Source: a virus. From it: 55,816 nucleotides of DNA. This document shows positions 8,187 through 15,892 of the stretch, piece by piece (the first letter of the stretch is position 1; each line of letters opens with the position of its first letter). The notes beneath the pieces were generated by a model that saw only the letters and a list, made by a program, of their open reading frames with translations, made no database searches and was not told where the DNA came from. Location: IMG/VR virus record IMGVR_UViG_3300045988_105026, positions 1 to 55,816 of that record; one strand, written 5' to 3'. A program made the position numbers and the translations under genes.

Positions 8187-8527
8187 TTCTTAATCACCAT
8201 CTCAAGTCTTGTTGTAAATTTTGTAAAATTCATATGAGGAACTCTTTCTATTTCAATATCCAAATAGTCTTTGATAGCAGGTATAAGCTTTGTAGCTAAT
8301 ACATATTTAATAAATGCTGATTCCGATTTAGATAATTGTCTTAATTTATCGTCTTCACCATATACATCATACTCTGCCTCAAATACAACTGTCTTAACAG
8401 GTACTCGAATGAACTGTGTTGATTGGTTTCTCATCTTTTCTTCTTCAAGTGCATTTTGCAGTTCTTTATTAAATACCTGCAATTCTTCAATTCGTTTGTC
8501 CTTTTTTGTTTTAATCCCAAATATCAT
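8183..8527 (-). CDS. Hypothetical protein
   Basis: ORF on the coding strand. Internal ATG directly follows the upstream stop. Confidence 0.5.
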   Translation of the reverse strand: MIFGIKTKKDKRIEELQVFNKELQNALEEEKMRNQSTQFIRVPVKTVVFEAEYDVYGEDDKLRQLSKSESAFIKYVLATKLIPAIKDYLDIEIERVPHMNFTKFTTRLEMVIKK

Positions 8528-8529
8528 AA

Positions 8530-9327
8530 TTATCCAACCTTTCTGCATACTGACTTATATATGCACCATTTACAGTTTCTTGTATCTTCTGTCTTTGGCG
8601 GCGCAATCATTCTTTCAACATATCCTTCGCACTCTGAAATATAATTACACAGCCAGTTTTTCATATCCTGAGTTACTTCAAACACTTCCGGAACTTCAAG
8701 TGTGCAGATATCTCTGTTCTCATACATTACAAATGCCTTATCTAAATCTAAAACAGTACAATAACAGATTACTTGATTGTGGTGCTGTTCTAAACAGTGA
8801 TTATCAAGCTGGTTATATTTGAATGATACTACATTTTTGAACTCCCAAAGAAAATCTTCGTTTGTAGATATCCTTCTTATAATACCATCACATCTAAAAG
8901 ATAGATTCAATGCAGTATCTATAAGATGTGTTTCTGCTCCTTGCTTTCCTTTTACTATCAAAGATTTACACTTGCCGAACTTCTGTTTTTCTTTAACATA
9001 TTCAGCAACATCAAGATATTTCCAATCATACCCCATTTTCTGCAAATTCAGCAGTGCATTTTGTAATGCTTCATGTCTTGCTGTTCCTGTATCTGCCATT
9101 CCTGTTGAATTATATTCTACCACTTCTGGGTCTTGTGGAGCTTTTGTACGAGTGAAATACATATTTCTCATACAATGCAAGGAAGATGACTTATAATAAT
9201 TAGTTCCTGTTCTTCTTCCTTCTTGTTCAGTTCTTTCAATGCAACTCATAACATCTCTCAGAAACTTCTTATTTGCAGGAAGTTGTGCCTGATTGTTATT
9301 GATTAAATTTAATAATCGTCTGCTCAT
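8530..9327 (-). CDS. Cas4/RecB-like PD-(D/E)XK exonuclease with a Cys cluster
   Basis: CDGIIRR...LWEFKNV (D...E-x-K) plus an N-terminal Cys and a C-terminal CKWCIYKSVC, as in Cas4/AddB-type Fe-S nucleases. Confidence 0.7.
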   Translation of the reverse strand: MSRRLLNLINNNQAQLPANKKFLRDVMSCIERTEQEGRRTGTNYYKSSSLHCMRNMYFTRTKAPQDPEVVEYNSTGMADTGTARHEALQNALLNLQKMGYDWKYLDVAEYVKEKQKFGKCKSLIVKGKQGAETHLIDTALNLSFRCDGIIRRISTNEDFLWEFKNVVSFKYNQLDNHCLEQHHNQVICYCTVLDLDKAFVMYENRDICTLEVPEVFEVTQDMKNWLCNYISECEGYVERMIAPPKTEDTRNCKWCIYKSVCRKVG

Positions 9328-9338
9328 TTATTCCTCCT

Positions 9339-9476
9339 TTAATATTTATCACAAATCTCAATATTAGATTTGTCACTTAATGTGTCTACGAAAAATTCAC
9401 ATTGTGTATAACTTTCATTTTCAAATAATACCTCTGCTGTATCATTTTCTTTATTCATTCTAACTACCATTAACAT
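9339..9476 (-). CDS. Small hypothetical protein (45 aa)
   Basis: AAAGGAGGT RBS then ATG. Confidence 0.35.
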   Translation of the reverse strand: MLMVVRMNKENDTAEVLFENESYTQCEFFVDTLSDKSNIEICDKY

Positions 9477-9497
9477 ATTTTTGTACCTCCTTTTGTT

Positions 9498-9674
9498 TTA
9501 GTTCCAATATCTATCTGAATCCATCACTTCAAGTGCTTTCTGTAATGAATCTGTTCTTTCCATTGTTCCATTTACATAAATTATAAATGCTCCAAAATCA
9601 TCTCTCCAAATATAATTGCCATTATTATCTTCCCATCTATCGTGTCTTACCTGCTTTAATGTTGTATGTGTCAT
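9498..9674 (-). CDS. Hypothetical protein (start at MTHTTLK after GGAGG)
   Basis: The track ORF start would overlap the promoter. The internal ATG has a strong RBS. Confidence 0.45.
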   Translation of the reverse strand: MTHTTLKQVRHDRWEDNNGNYIWRDDFGAFIIYVNGTMERTDSLQKALEVMDSDRYWN

Positions 9675-9719
9675 TTTTATTACCTCCGATGTTTTTATGT
9701 ATTTCTTATTTACAAGTAT

Positions 9720-9748
9720 ATTGTAATACATAAAACTATATTTGTCAA
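9720..9748 (-). promoter_or_regulatory. Class I promoter cassette, copy 2
   Basis: Minus strand TTGACAAATATAGTTTTATGTATTACAAT. Confidence 0.75.
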
Positions 9749-9765
9749 TACTTTTTTATAAAAAT

Positions 9766-9806
9766 ACATAAAAAATCCTCCTAGTATTTAAACTAAGAGG
9801 ATTTTT
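9766..9806 (-). terminator. Intrinsic terminator downstream of the dnaN-like gene
   Basis: Minus strand AAAAATCCTC-loop-GAGGATTTTT followed by a T-run. Confidence 0.7.
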
Positions 9807-9871
9807 CCAAGAGGTAAACGCAATGAACGAAAAGAACGGCTAAGAAACCTATCCTAATCTGACACAGCTTT

Positions 9872-9900
9872 ATTATAATACAGATTAATAATTTTGTAAA
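9872..9900 (-). promoter_or_regulatory. Candidate class II promoter (TTTACA-17-TATAAT) directly after the dnaN stop
   Basis: Exact hexamers with a 17-nt spacer. No ORF lies between it and terminator 9766-9806. Confidence 0.35.
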
Positions 9901-9910
9901 GTATGTATGC

Positions 9911-11008
9911 TTATTCAGATTTACTATCTAATTCTTCATCCTCAAGCAAAGCTATAACCTGTGTTACTTTTCCACTCTCAATCTTCAATGCATTTTCATT
10001 TCCATAGCAAATCTTCACAGTATCGTCCGGATTAGCTTGCAACTGTTCTTTTAGCATTGGAATATCAACACAACATACAAATGGTTCAAAGTCCTTGCTT
10101 TCTACATAGTTGATAGTCTCTGTTGAAGCATCCTTTTTACTATGAATATTAATACCTTTTCTTCCAAATGTGAAATATGCTCCATTCTTATCATAAGGCT
10201 CAATGAATAATGCAAGTCTATCAAGTACGGAAAGAAGTAAATCCTTTGGTACTTTGCAGGAAGATGTAAATGCCTCATCAAGATAAGCGTTTACCTCGTT
10301 AGCTGGGAAATCTTCAATTCCCTCCATTAATGCCCCATCAATAACCACATCTTCTGTCACAAACTGAATACTCGTTCTTCCTATAAAAACCACAATATCT
10401 TCCTTTGTATTCAGTGTCAATAACTGCATCTGCTGAGCGGAAATAAGAATTGGCTGTTCACAATCAAACATCTTAAATCCATTGAATGTGATTACATTTG
10501 CATCCGTACTAATAACAGTATCCCCACAATAGTAACCAGTTAAAGCTGGATTTTCTAATGTCTTTGCAAGGGCTGATTTATTGATATTATAAGCCTGCAT
10601 AACGCTTGATAACTTTGTCTTGCAGTCTGGTATCTTAATATCGTCCATCATGTTAATATCCGGGAATGAGATAAGTCCTTCTTCATCTGAAATCAATGGA
10701 ATCTTATAAGTTCCATTTGCCTTTACAAAAAGAACATCATCTTTTACAGACAAGTCAATATCTTCCGAAGTTGTCTTTGCAATCAGCTTTCCAAACTTAT
10801 CTGCATCTACTGTAATGTCCATATCATCACCAGCTACTTTGTCAATGATAATACAAAGTGTATTTGTCATATCTGTTGTGAGAAGCTGTAATTTTCCATT
10901 AGATAACTTAATACCTATCATGGAAGTAATTGGGATAAGATTATTAAATCCTGCTCCTTTGATTGCTTTGTTTACTGCTTCTTTCATTCTACTTGTTACT
11001 ACTTTCAT
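9911..11008 (-). CDS. dnaN: DNA polymerase III beta sliding clamp-like protein
   Basis: 365 aa. The N-terminal pattern (MK..TSR..L..A..., LQLLTTD) and the length fit DnaN. Genomic context includes clamp-loader genes. Confidence 0.7.
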   Translation of the reverse strand: MKVVTSRMKEAVNKAIKGAGFNNLIPITSMIGIKLSNGKLQLLTTDMTNTLCIIIDKVAGDDMDITVDADKFGKLIAKTTSEDIDLSVKDDVLFVKANGTYKIPLISDEEGLISFPDINMMDDIKIPDCKTKLSSVMQAYNINKSALAKTLENPALTGYYCGDTVISTDANVITFNGFKMFDCEQPILISAQQMQLLTLNTKEDIVVFIGRTSIQFVTEDVVIDGALMEGIEDFPANEVNAYLDEAFTSSCKVPKDLLLSVLDRLALFIEPYDKNGAYFTFGRKGINIHSKKDASTETINYVESKDFEPFVCCVDIPMLKEQLQANPDDTVKICYGNENALKIESGKVTQVIALLEDEELDSKSE

Positions 11009-11020
11009 TTTGTTCCTCCT

Positions 11021-11596
11021 TTAATTCAAATTCATTAATGAGTAAGCTTCTTTTCTTAACTCAACATTATCAGTAAACTCACCTCTTATAGTAGCTGTTC
11101 TCGTTTTAGCTCCTCGACTCTTAATACCTCTTGCAGTCATACAACTATGTTCTCCTTGTACTACTACTAATACATCATTGGAACCTGTTGCCATCTGTAC
11201 AATTTCAGCAATATCTGAACCTATTCTTTCCTGAAGTTGTAAACGCTTTCCAACCATATCAGCAATACGAGCGAACTTACTTAATCCTAATACCTTTCCA
11301 TCTGGAATATAAGCAATAGATACACTCATATTATACATCAGAGCTAAATGATGTTCACAATAACTAAATATTGGAATATCCTGAACCACAACCAAATCAT
11401 TATTATCTGTATCAAAGCATTTACAGAATTTATCAGCAATTTCTGCATTAGTATAATTCATACCTTCAAAGACTTCTTCATACATCTTTGCAACTCTTTT
11501 TGGTGTATCTACAAGCCCCGGTCTATCCGGGTCATCACCTAATGCAATTAATATTTCTTTAACAGCTTTTTCTATTCTGTTCTTATCAATCATCAT
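11021..11596 (-). CDS. folE: GTP cyclohydrolase I
   Basis: [25 protein letters not shown] and [10 protein letters not shown] motifs. Confidence 0.95.
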   Translation of the reverse strand: MMIDKNRIEKAVKEILIALGDDPDRPGLVDTPKRVAKMYEEVFEGMNYTNAEIADKFCKCFDTDNNDLVVVQDIPIFSYCEHHLALMYNMSVSIAYIPDGKVLGLSKFARIADMVGKRLQLQERIGSDIAEIVQMATGSNDVLVVVQGEHSCMTARGIKSRGAKTRTATIRGEFTDNVELRKEAYSLMNLN

Positions 11597-12240
11597 TAAA
11601 CACCTCTCTCATTCGGATTCCATATAATCTTGTGTAACTGAACCTGAACTTTACACTCATACATCTTATGCTTTATTAAATACTGTACTATTTCTTTAGG
11701 TTCAATTTCACCAAATACTGGACTGAAATATATTTGTGCTTTCGGATTATATTTCTCAATGACTTGTAATGCTTTGTTCAAATCTTCTTGACTACCTACA
11801 ACAAATTTAAGCACATCATTTGTGGATAGTAATCTAAAGTTGTGACAATCCATATTATTCTCCATACCACTTGAAGGGCATTTATAATCCATTGTAAAGA
11901 ATAAAAGTGGATGCACTGGGAATTTTCCAATGTACTGCGAACCATTGGTCTCAATATTGACCCAATAACCTTTCTCTAATAGTATATCAACAAGCTTATT
12001 AATACCTGGATGTATCAAAGGTTCTCCCCCAGTTATTGTTACCGAAGGCACACCAACTCTTTCTACTGCTCCAACAATCTGTGGAATGCTCATAATTGAA
12101 TATCCGTCTCCTTCACACCCATATCTTGTGTCACAATAAGAACAATTCAGATTGCATCCAAATAATCTTATAAAGGTGGTGGGTAAGCCTGCTCGCTTAC
12201 CTTCACCATCAATACTTCTAAATATTTCTACTACTTTCAT
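11596..12240 (-). CDS. queE: 7-carboxy-7-deazaguanine synthase (radical SAM)
   Basis: [10 protein letters not shown]...[16 protein letters not shown] radical-SAM cluster motif. Start placed after the GAGGA RBS. Confidence 0.9.
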   Translation of the reverse strand: MKVVEIFRSIDGEGKRAGLPTTFIRLFGCNLNCSYCDTRYGCEGDGYSIMSIPQIVGAVERVGVPSVTITGGEPLIHPGINKLVDILLEKGYWVNIETNGSQYIGKFPVHPLLFFTMDYKCPSSGMENNMDCHNFRLLSTNDVLKFVVGSQEDLNKALQVIEKYNPKAQIYFSPVFGEIEPKEIVQYLIKHKMYECKVQVQLHKIIWNPNERGV

Positions 12241-12241
12241 T

Positions 12242-12595
12242 TTAATCCTCCACATAAATGGCAGTATTGCCTTCACTTTCTTGAACTTCTACTTTATAAC
12301 AACTTCCAACCTCACAGATAGCTGAAACTCTTTTACATATCCATCTTGCCATATTCTCAGCGGTTGGATTAAGAGGATACACAACATCATTAATGCAAGC
12401 ATGGTCTAACTTATCGTGTATCTCTTTTTTAATTTTTGTAAAATCTACAATCATTCCATAATCAGTGAGCTTGTCTGATTTACAGTAAACAGTAACTATC
12501 CAATTATGCCCATGTAGGTTCTCACACTTGCTGTCATAAGGGAGCTCTAAATGATGAGCTCCTGCAATTTCCATTCTTTTTGATACATAATACAT
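12242..12595 (-). CDS. queD: 6-carboxy-5,6,7,8-tetrahydropterin synthase
   Basis: AHHL...C.NLHGHNW motif. The ATG follows an AGGAGG RBS (the track start is a TTG). Confidence 0.9.
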   Translation of the reverse strand: MYYVSKRMEIAGAHHLELPYDSKCENLHGHNWIVTVYCKSDKLTDYGMIVDFTKIKKEIHDKLDHACINDVVYPLNPTAENMARWICKRVSAICEVGSCYKVEVQESEGNTAIYVED

Positions 12596-12672
12596 ATTAA
12601 GCAAACCTCCTATAAATATAAATTGATATTATAACTGCGATTAGTAAAATTACACTATAAATATAATAAATA

Positions 12673-13374
12673 TTATTCTTCATACTCAATAGGGTCCTTT
12701 ACACCATTAACTTCAAAAGCATGTTTTCTGTCTATACATGTACCACATTTACCACAAGCTTTTTCACCTCCATGATAGCAACTCCAAGTTAATTCATAAG
12801 GAACATTTAGTTCTAGCCCTGTCTTCACCACAGTAGCCTTATTCATATGAATAAGAGGTCTGTTAATATGAATCTTACCATAAGTTCCAATATTAATTGC
12901 CTTATCCATAGCATCTGCAAATTCTGGAGAACAATCTGCATAAGCTTCTCCAGCGGCATCATCTGCATGAGCTCCATAGAACACTTCTACTTCTTCTCCT
13001 GGAAAAAGACTATCTGCAAAAGCTGTTGCAATGGATAATAATAATCCATTTCTGAAAGGCACATAAGTACCAACTCTACCCTCTCCATTCTGTTTAATCT
13101 GGTCTGCATAACTCATATCTAAAATTTCATCCTTAGAGCCTTTAACAAGTGAACAAACTTCTCCTGCATACTTCATAACATTAGATATATCTTCTTCAAT
13201 ATGTCTAACACCATAATATTCTGCTATCTTTTTAGCACACTGTAGTTCTTTATCATGCTTCTGACCATAATATAAAGAAGCTGTTATAACATTGTCTTTA
13301 CCATACTTATTCACTGCTATTGCTACACATGTTGTGGAATCTACACCACCTGAATTTAATACTAATGCTTTCAT
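12673..13374 (-). CDS. queC: 7-cyano-7-deazaguanine (preQ0) synthase
   Basis: LNSGGVDSTT PP-loop and a C-terminal CGKCGTC zinc site. Confidence 0.95.
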   Translation of the reverse strand: MKALVLNSGGVDSTTCVAIAVNKYGKDNVITASLYYGQKHDKELQCAKKIAEYYGVRHIEEDISNVMKYAGEVCSLVKGSKDEILDMSYADQIKQNGEGRVGTYVPFRNGLLLSIATAFADSLFPGEEVEVFYGAHADDAAGEAYADCSPEFADAMDKAINIGTYGKIHINRPLIHMNKATVVKTGLELNVPYELTWSCYHGGEKACGKCGTCIDRKHAFEVNGVKDPIEYEE

Positions 13375-13385
13375 TGTTCTTCCTC

Positions 13386-13850
13386 CTAATAAATAATTTT
13401 CTTCATACCTGCATATTGGTTATATAAATCTAAACCTTTTTCCGTTGTACAAGATTCTAAATCTAATATATCGGGATTTCCAGTTTTTATATAATCGTAT
13501 ATGAAATCATCTCGAAACCCAATATTCTCTGCCTGTTTCACATCATTACAATAATAAACCTTTTTGATATTAGCCCAAATAATAGCTGATAAACACATAG
13601 GACAAGGATACCCAGTAGCATATAATTCACATCCTGTTAAATCATAAGTCCCTAATTTTTTACAAGCTTTCCTAATAGCATTTATTTCTGCATGAGCAGT
13701 CGGGTCATTATCCGCAAGAACCGTATTACTAGCGATAGAAATAATTTCTCCATCTTTGACCACAACTGCTCCAAAAGGACCTCCTATATTTTGGTTCATT
13801 GTAACCGTAGCCTCTGCTACACCTAAATCCATATATTCTTTATTATTCAT
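13386..13850 (-). CDS. guaD: CDA-fold deaminase closely resembling bacterial guanine deaminase (GuaD type)
   Basis: GGPFGAVVVKDG, DPTAHAEINAIRKACK, PCPMCLSAIIWA, GFRDDFIYDYI and a C-terminal Tyr. About 155 aa. Confidence 0.7.
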   Translation of the reverse strand: MNNKEYMDLGVAEATVTMNQNIGGPFGAVVVKDGEIISIASNTVLADNDPTAHAEINAIRKACKKLGTYDLTGCELYATGYPCPMCLSAIIWANIKKVYYCNDVKQAENIGFRDDFIYDYIKTGNPDILDLESCTTEKGLDLYNQYAGMKKIIY

Positions 13851-13951
13851 ATACAACTTCCTTTCTTAATTCTATAATCATGATGTAACTATATAATTAA
13901 GAAGGAGCTCTCGGTTTTTTCATCGTGGTTTCCTCACTTTCATATTATTTA

Positions 13952-14512
13952 TTATAAATAACTCTTTATAAGAGTTTCCATAATATCAAGATAATCTACA
14001 TGCTCATAGGCTATGAAATAATGAATAGGTAGATAATATTTATATCCATCTTTATATTCAACATTTACATCAGGGACAACAGTCTTTGTTCGAACCTCTA
14101 TATGTTTATTCCTTGGATATACTTCTACTACAGCCTTTTTGGTCTCTTCTGATTTGAATATTTTATAACAATGAATATTCTCAAAATACTTGCTATTATA
14201 CCCAGCTAATCTCAGTTTAACCCTTTCTTTTTCATCAGAATGTTTATTGGTAGGCTGTCTTCTTTTTTTCTTAGGTTTGTCCTGCTTTTCACTGGATTTC
14301 TTTTTTTCTATCTGTTCTTTTATGGTTTCATCCTGTACACATACTTCTTCCTCCACTTTTTTCCACCACCTCTTCAAGGTACTGTAAGTGATAGGGACAG
14401 TCTTTCCTTGTTTAGCCCCATTAAGATATTCTATCATCACAGTGTTCTCATTGGAATATCTCTCGTCTATTTTCATTTTTGTTACATTGTCTCGTTTTGA
14501 TAAATAATACAT
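13952..14512 (-). CDS. Hypothetical Lys-rich protein
   Basis: AAAAGGAGGA RBS. First gene after promoter 14564-14592. Confidence 0.55.
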   Translation of the reverse strand: MYYLSKRDNVTKMKIDERYSNENTVMIEYLNGAKQGKTVPITYSTLKRWWKKVEEEVCVQDETIKEQIEKKKSSEKQDKPKKKRRQPTNKHSDEKERVKLRLAGYNSKYFENIHCYKIFKSEETKKAVVEVYPRNKHIEVRTKTVVPDVNVEYKDGYKYYLPIHYFIAYEHVDYLDIMETLIKSYL

Positions 14513-14563
14513 AATATCAATCCTCCTTTTATGTTATACATATTATCTTTTTAATATATTTAT

Positions 14564-14592
14564 ATTGTAATACATAAAAGGAGGATTGTCAA
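14564..14592 (-). promoter_or_regulatory. Class I promoter cassette, copy 3
   Basis: Minus strand TTGACAATCCTCCTTTTATGTATTACAAT. A small AGGATT/AATCCT hairpin overlaps the -35. Confidence 0.7.
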
Positions 14593-14598
14593 TCCTTT

Positions 14599-15828
14599 TT
14601 AGAAAAGTTTTTTTCTAAATGTGAATTTTCTTTCTTTATTATTCAATTCCTTCACTTTCTTCTGCATATACAGAGCATTAAATAATATACGATTATCCCT
14701 ATGTTCTGCTAACTCATCTAATGTGAACCCAAATTCCTGAATTGTCTTATTAAAATCCTCAATAGCTTTTTTTGGTAGATGACTATAATGATTCTTATCA
14801 TGAATTTGATTATTTGATACAGCTATATTTCCATAATCACTCATGACATTCCCCATAGCACCAACCATAATCCAACTTGTACTATCTGCGGAATATATAG
14901 GATATTTCTCTAATAAATCAAAATCGGTCATACCAAAAGCATGAACCTTAACAGTTGGATTAGAAGATTCACGAATAATTCTAAAACAATTATTTAAAAA
15001 TATATCTCTTATCTTAGCAGGTTTTCCAACCATACCCCCTAAAGCAATATAAGGGATATGATATCCATTTTCATCTTTCCATTCTAAGGCTTGTTTTAAG
15101 AATCCGATAGGTTCTCCTACATGATAGGTATATAGAAGAGCTTTTGGATTTTTCAATCGTTTCCTCATAAAAAGATAATTATCCCAAGTGGCTTCTGCCG
15201 CCTCTCTAACCTGTTTAGGGGTAGCTCCAAATACTCTATCTCCGGGGATTACATCTACTTGTCCACACAAATGAATATCTTCAGACCTTTCATTTAGCCA
15301 ATTAATATATTCCTTAACATTTATTTTTGCTCCTTTTGTCCATGCGCTAAACGCACCGGAATCTATGAATAATTTTCCGGGCCTTATAAAATCTTTCAGT
15401 TTATCAAATTGCAATTTTCCTTGGTCAATATAGCTAAATAATGCGTTACAATCAATTTTATCTGCACAAGATTCCTCCATCCCCGCTAAATAAAGTCTCA
15501 TATACTGTTTCACTTCTTCCTTTCCAAATTTATCCTCACCTGCTAAAAATAAATTCATTTTCATTTCCTCACTTTTATCAACTTTCGCTCTATAAGGTTT
15601 CTCATAACTAAACAACCTTGGAAGGACAACACCTGTATAAAAATCCTTATACAATGAGAAAGTATAATCACCTGCCAAATACAATCGCATACTTTTTATA
15701 AACTCTTCCTTTCTATTTATAAATAAATCTTTACAAATATCAAACAAATGAAATCTGTGATATATATACATCAATGTCTTGTTTTTGAAGACAATAGCTA
15801 AATAAGGCATTGCAATATAATCTATCAT
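14599..15828 (-). CDS. dpdA: DpdA-like DNA-guanine transglycosylase (TGT superfamily). True start uncertain (M47, M91 or M110 of the track ORF).
   Basis: LYLAG...LFSY N-terminal strands and the LFIDSGAFSAW catalytic-Asp motif. Sits beside folE/queDEC. Confidence 0.7.
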   Translation of the reverse strand: MIDYIAMPYLAIVFKNKTLMYIYHRFHLFDICKDLFINRKEEFIKSMRLYLAGDYTFSLYKDFYTGVVLPRLFSYEKPYRAKVDKSEEMKMNLFLAGEDKFGKEEVKQYMRLYLAGMEESCADKIDCNALFSYIDQGKLQFDKLKDFIRPGKLFIDSGAFSAWTKGAKINVKEYINWLNERSEDIHLCGQVDVIPGDRVFGATPKQVREAAEATWDNYLFMRKRLKNPKALLYTYHVGEPIGFLKQALEWKDENGYHIPYIALGGMVGKPAKIRDIFLNNCFRIIRESSNPTVKVHAFGMTDFDLLEKYPIYSADSTSWIMVGAMGNVMSDYGNIAVSNNQIHDKNHYSHLPKKAIEDFNKTIQEFGFTLDELAEHRDNRILFNALYMQKKVKELNNKERKFTFRKKLF

Positions 15829-15892
15829 CTAATTTTTTATTATTAGAAGTTAATAAATGCTTACTATCTACTCCGGCTAAATACAATTCCAT
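15740..15892 (-). pseudogene. Out-of-frame degenerate copy of the dpdA 5' end (MELYLAG...CNALFSY...), coupled to the polA stop by TAATG
   Basis: My translation of 15892-15740 gives a 50-aa ORF that mirrors residues 110-135 of the dpdA-like ORF. Confidence 0.4.

Noticed and set aside
8530-9327. Cas4-like nuclease as part of a CRISPR or anti-CRISPR system
   Set aside because: No cas genes, repeats or leader are nearby. Its neighbours are RecA-like and RuvC-like genes, so it fits a recombination exonuclease module.
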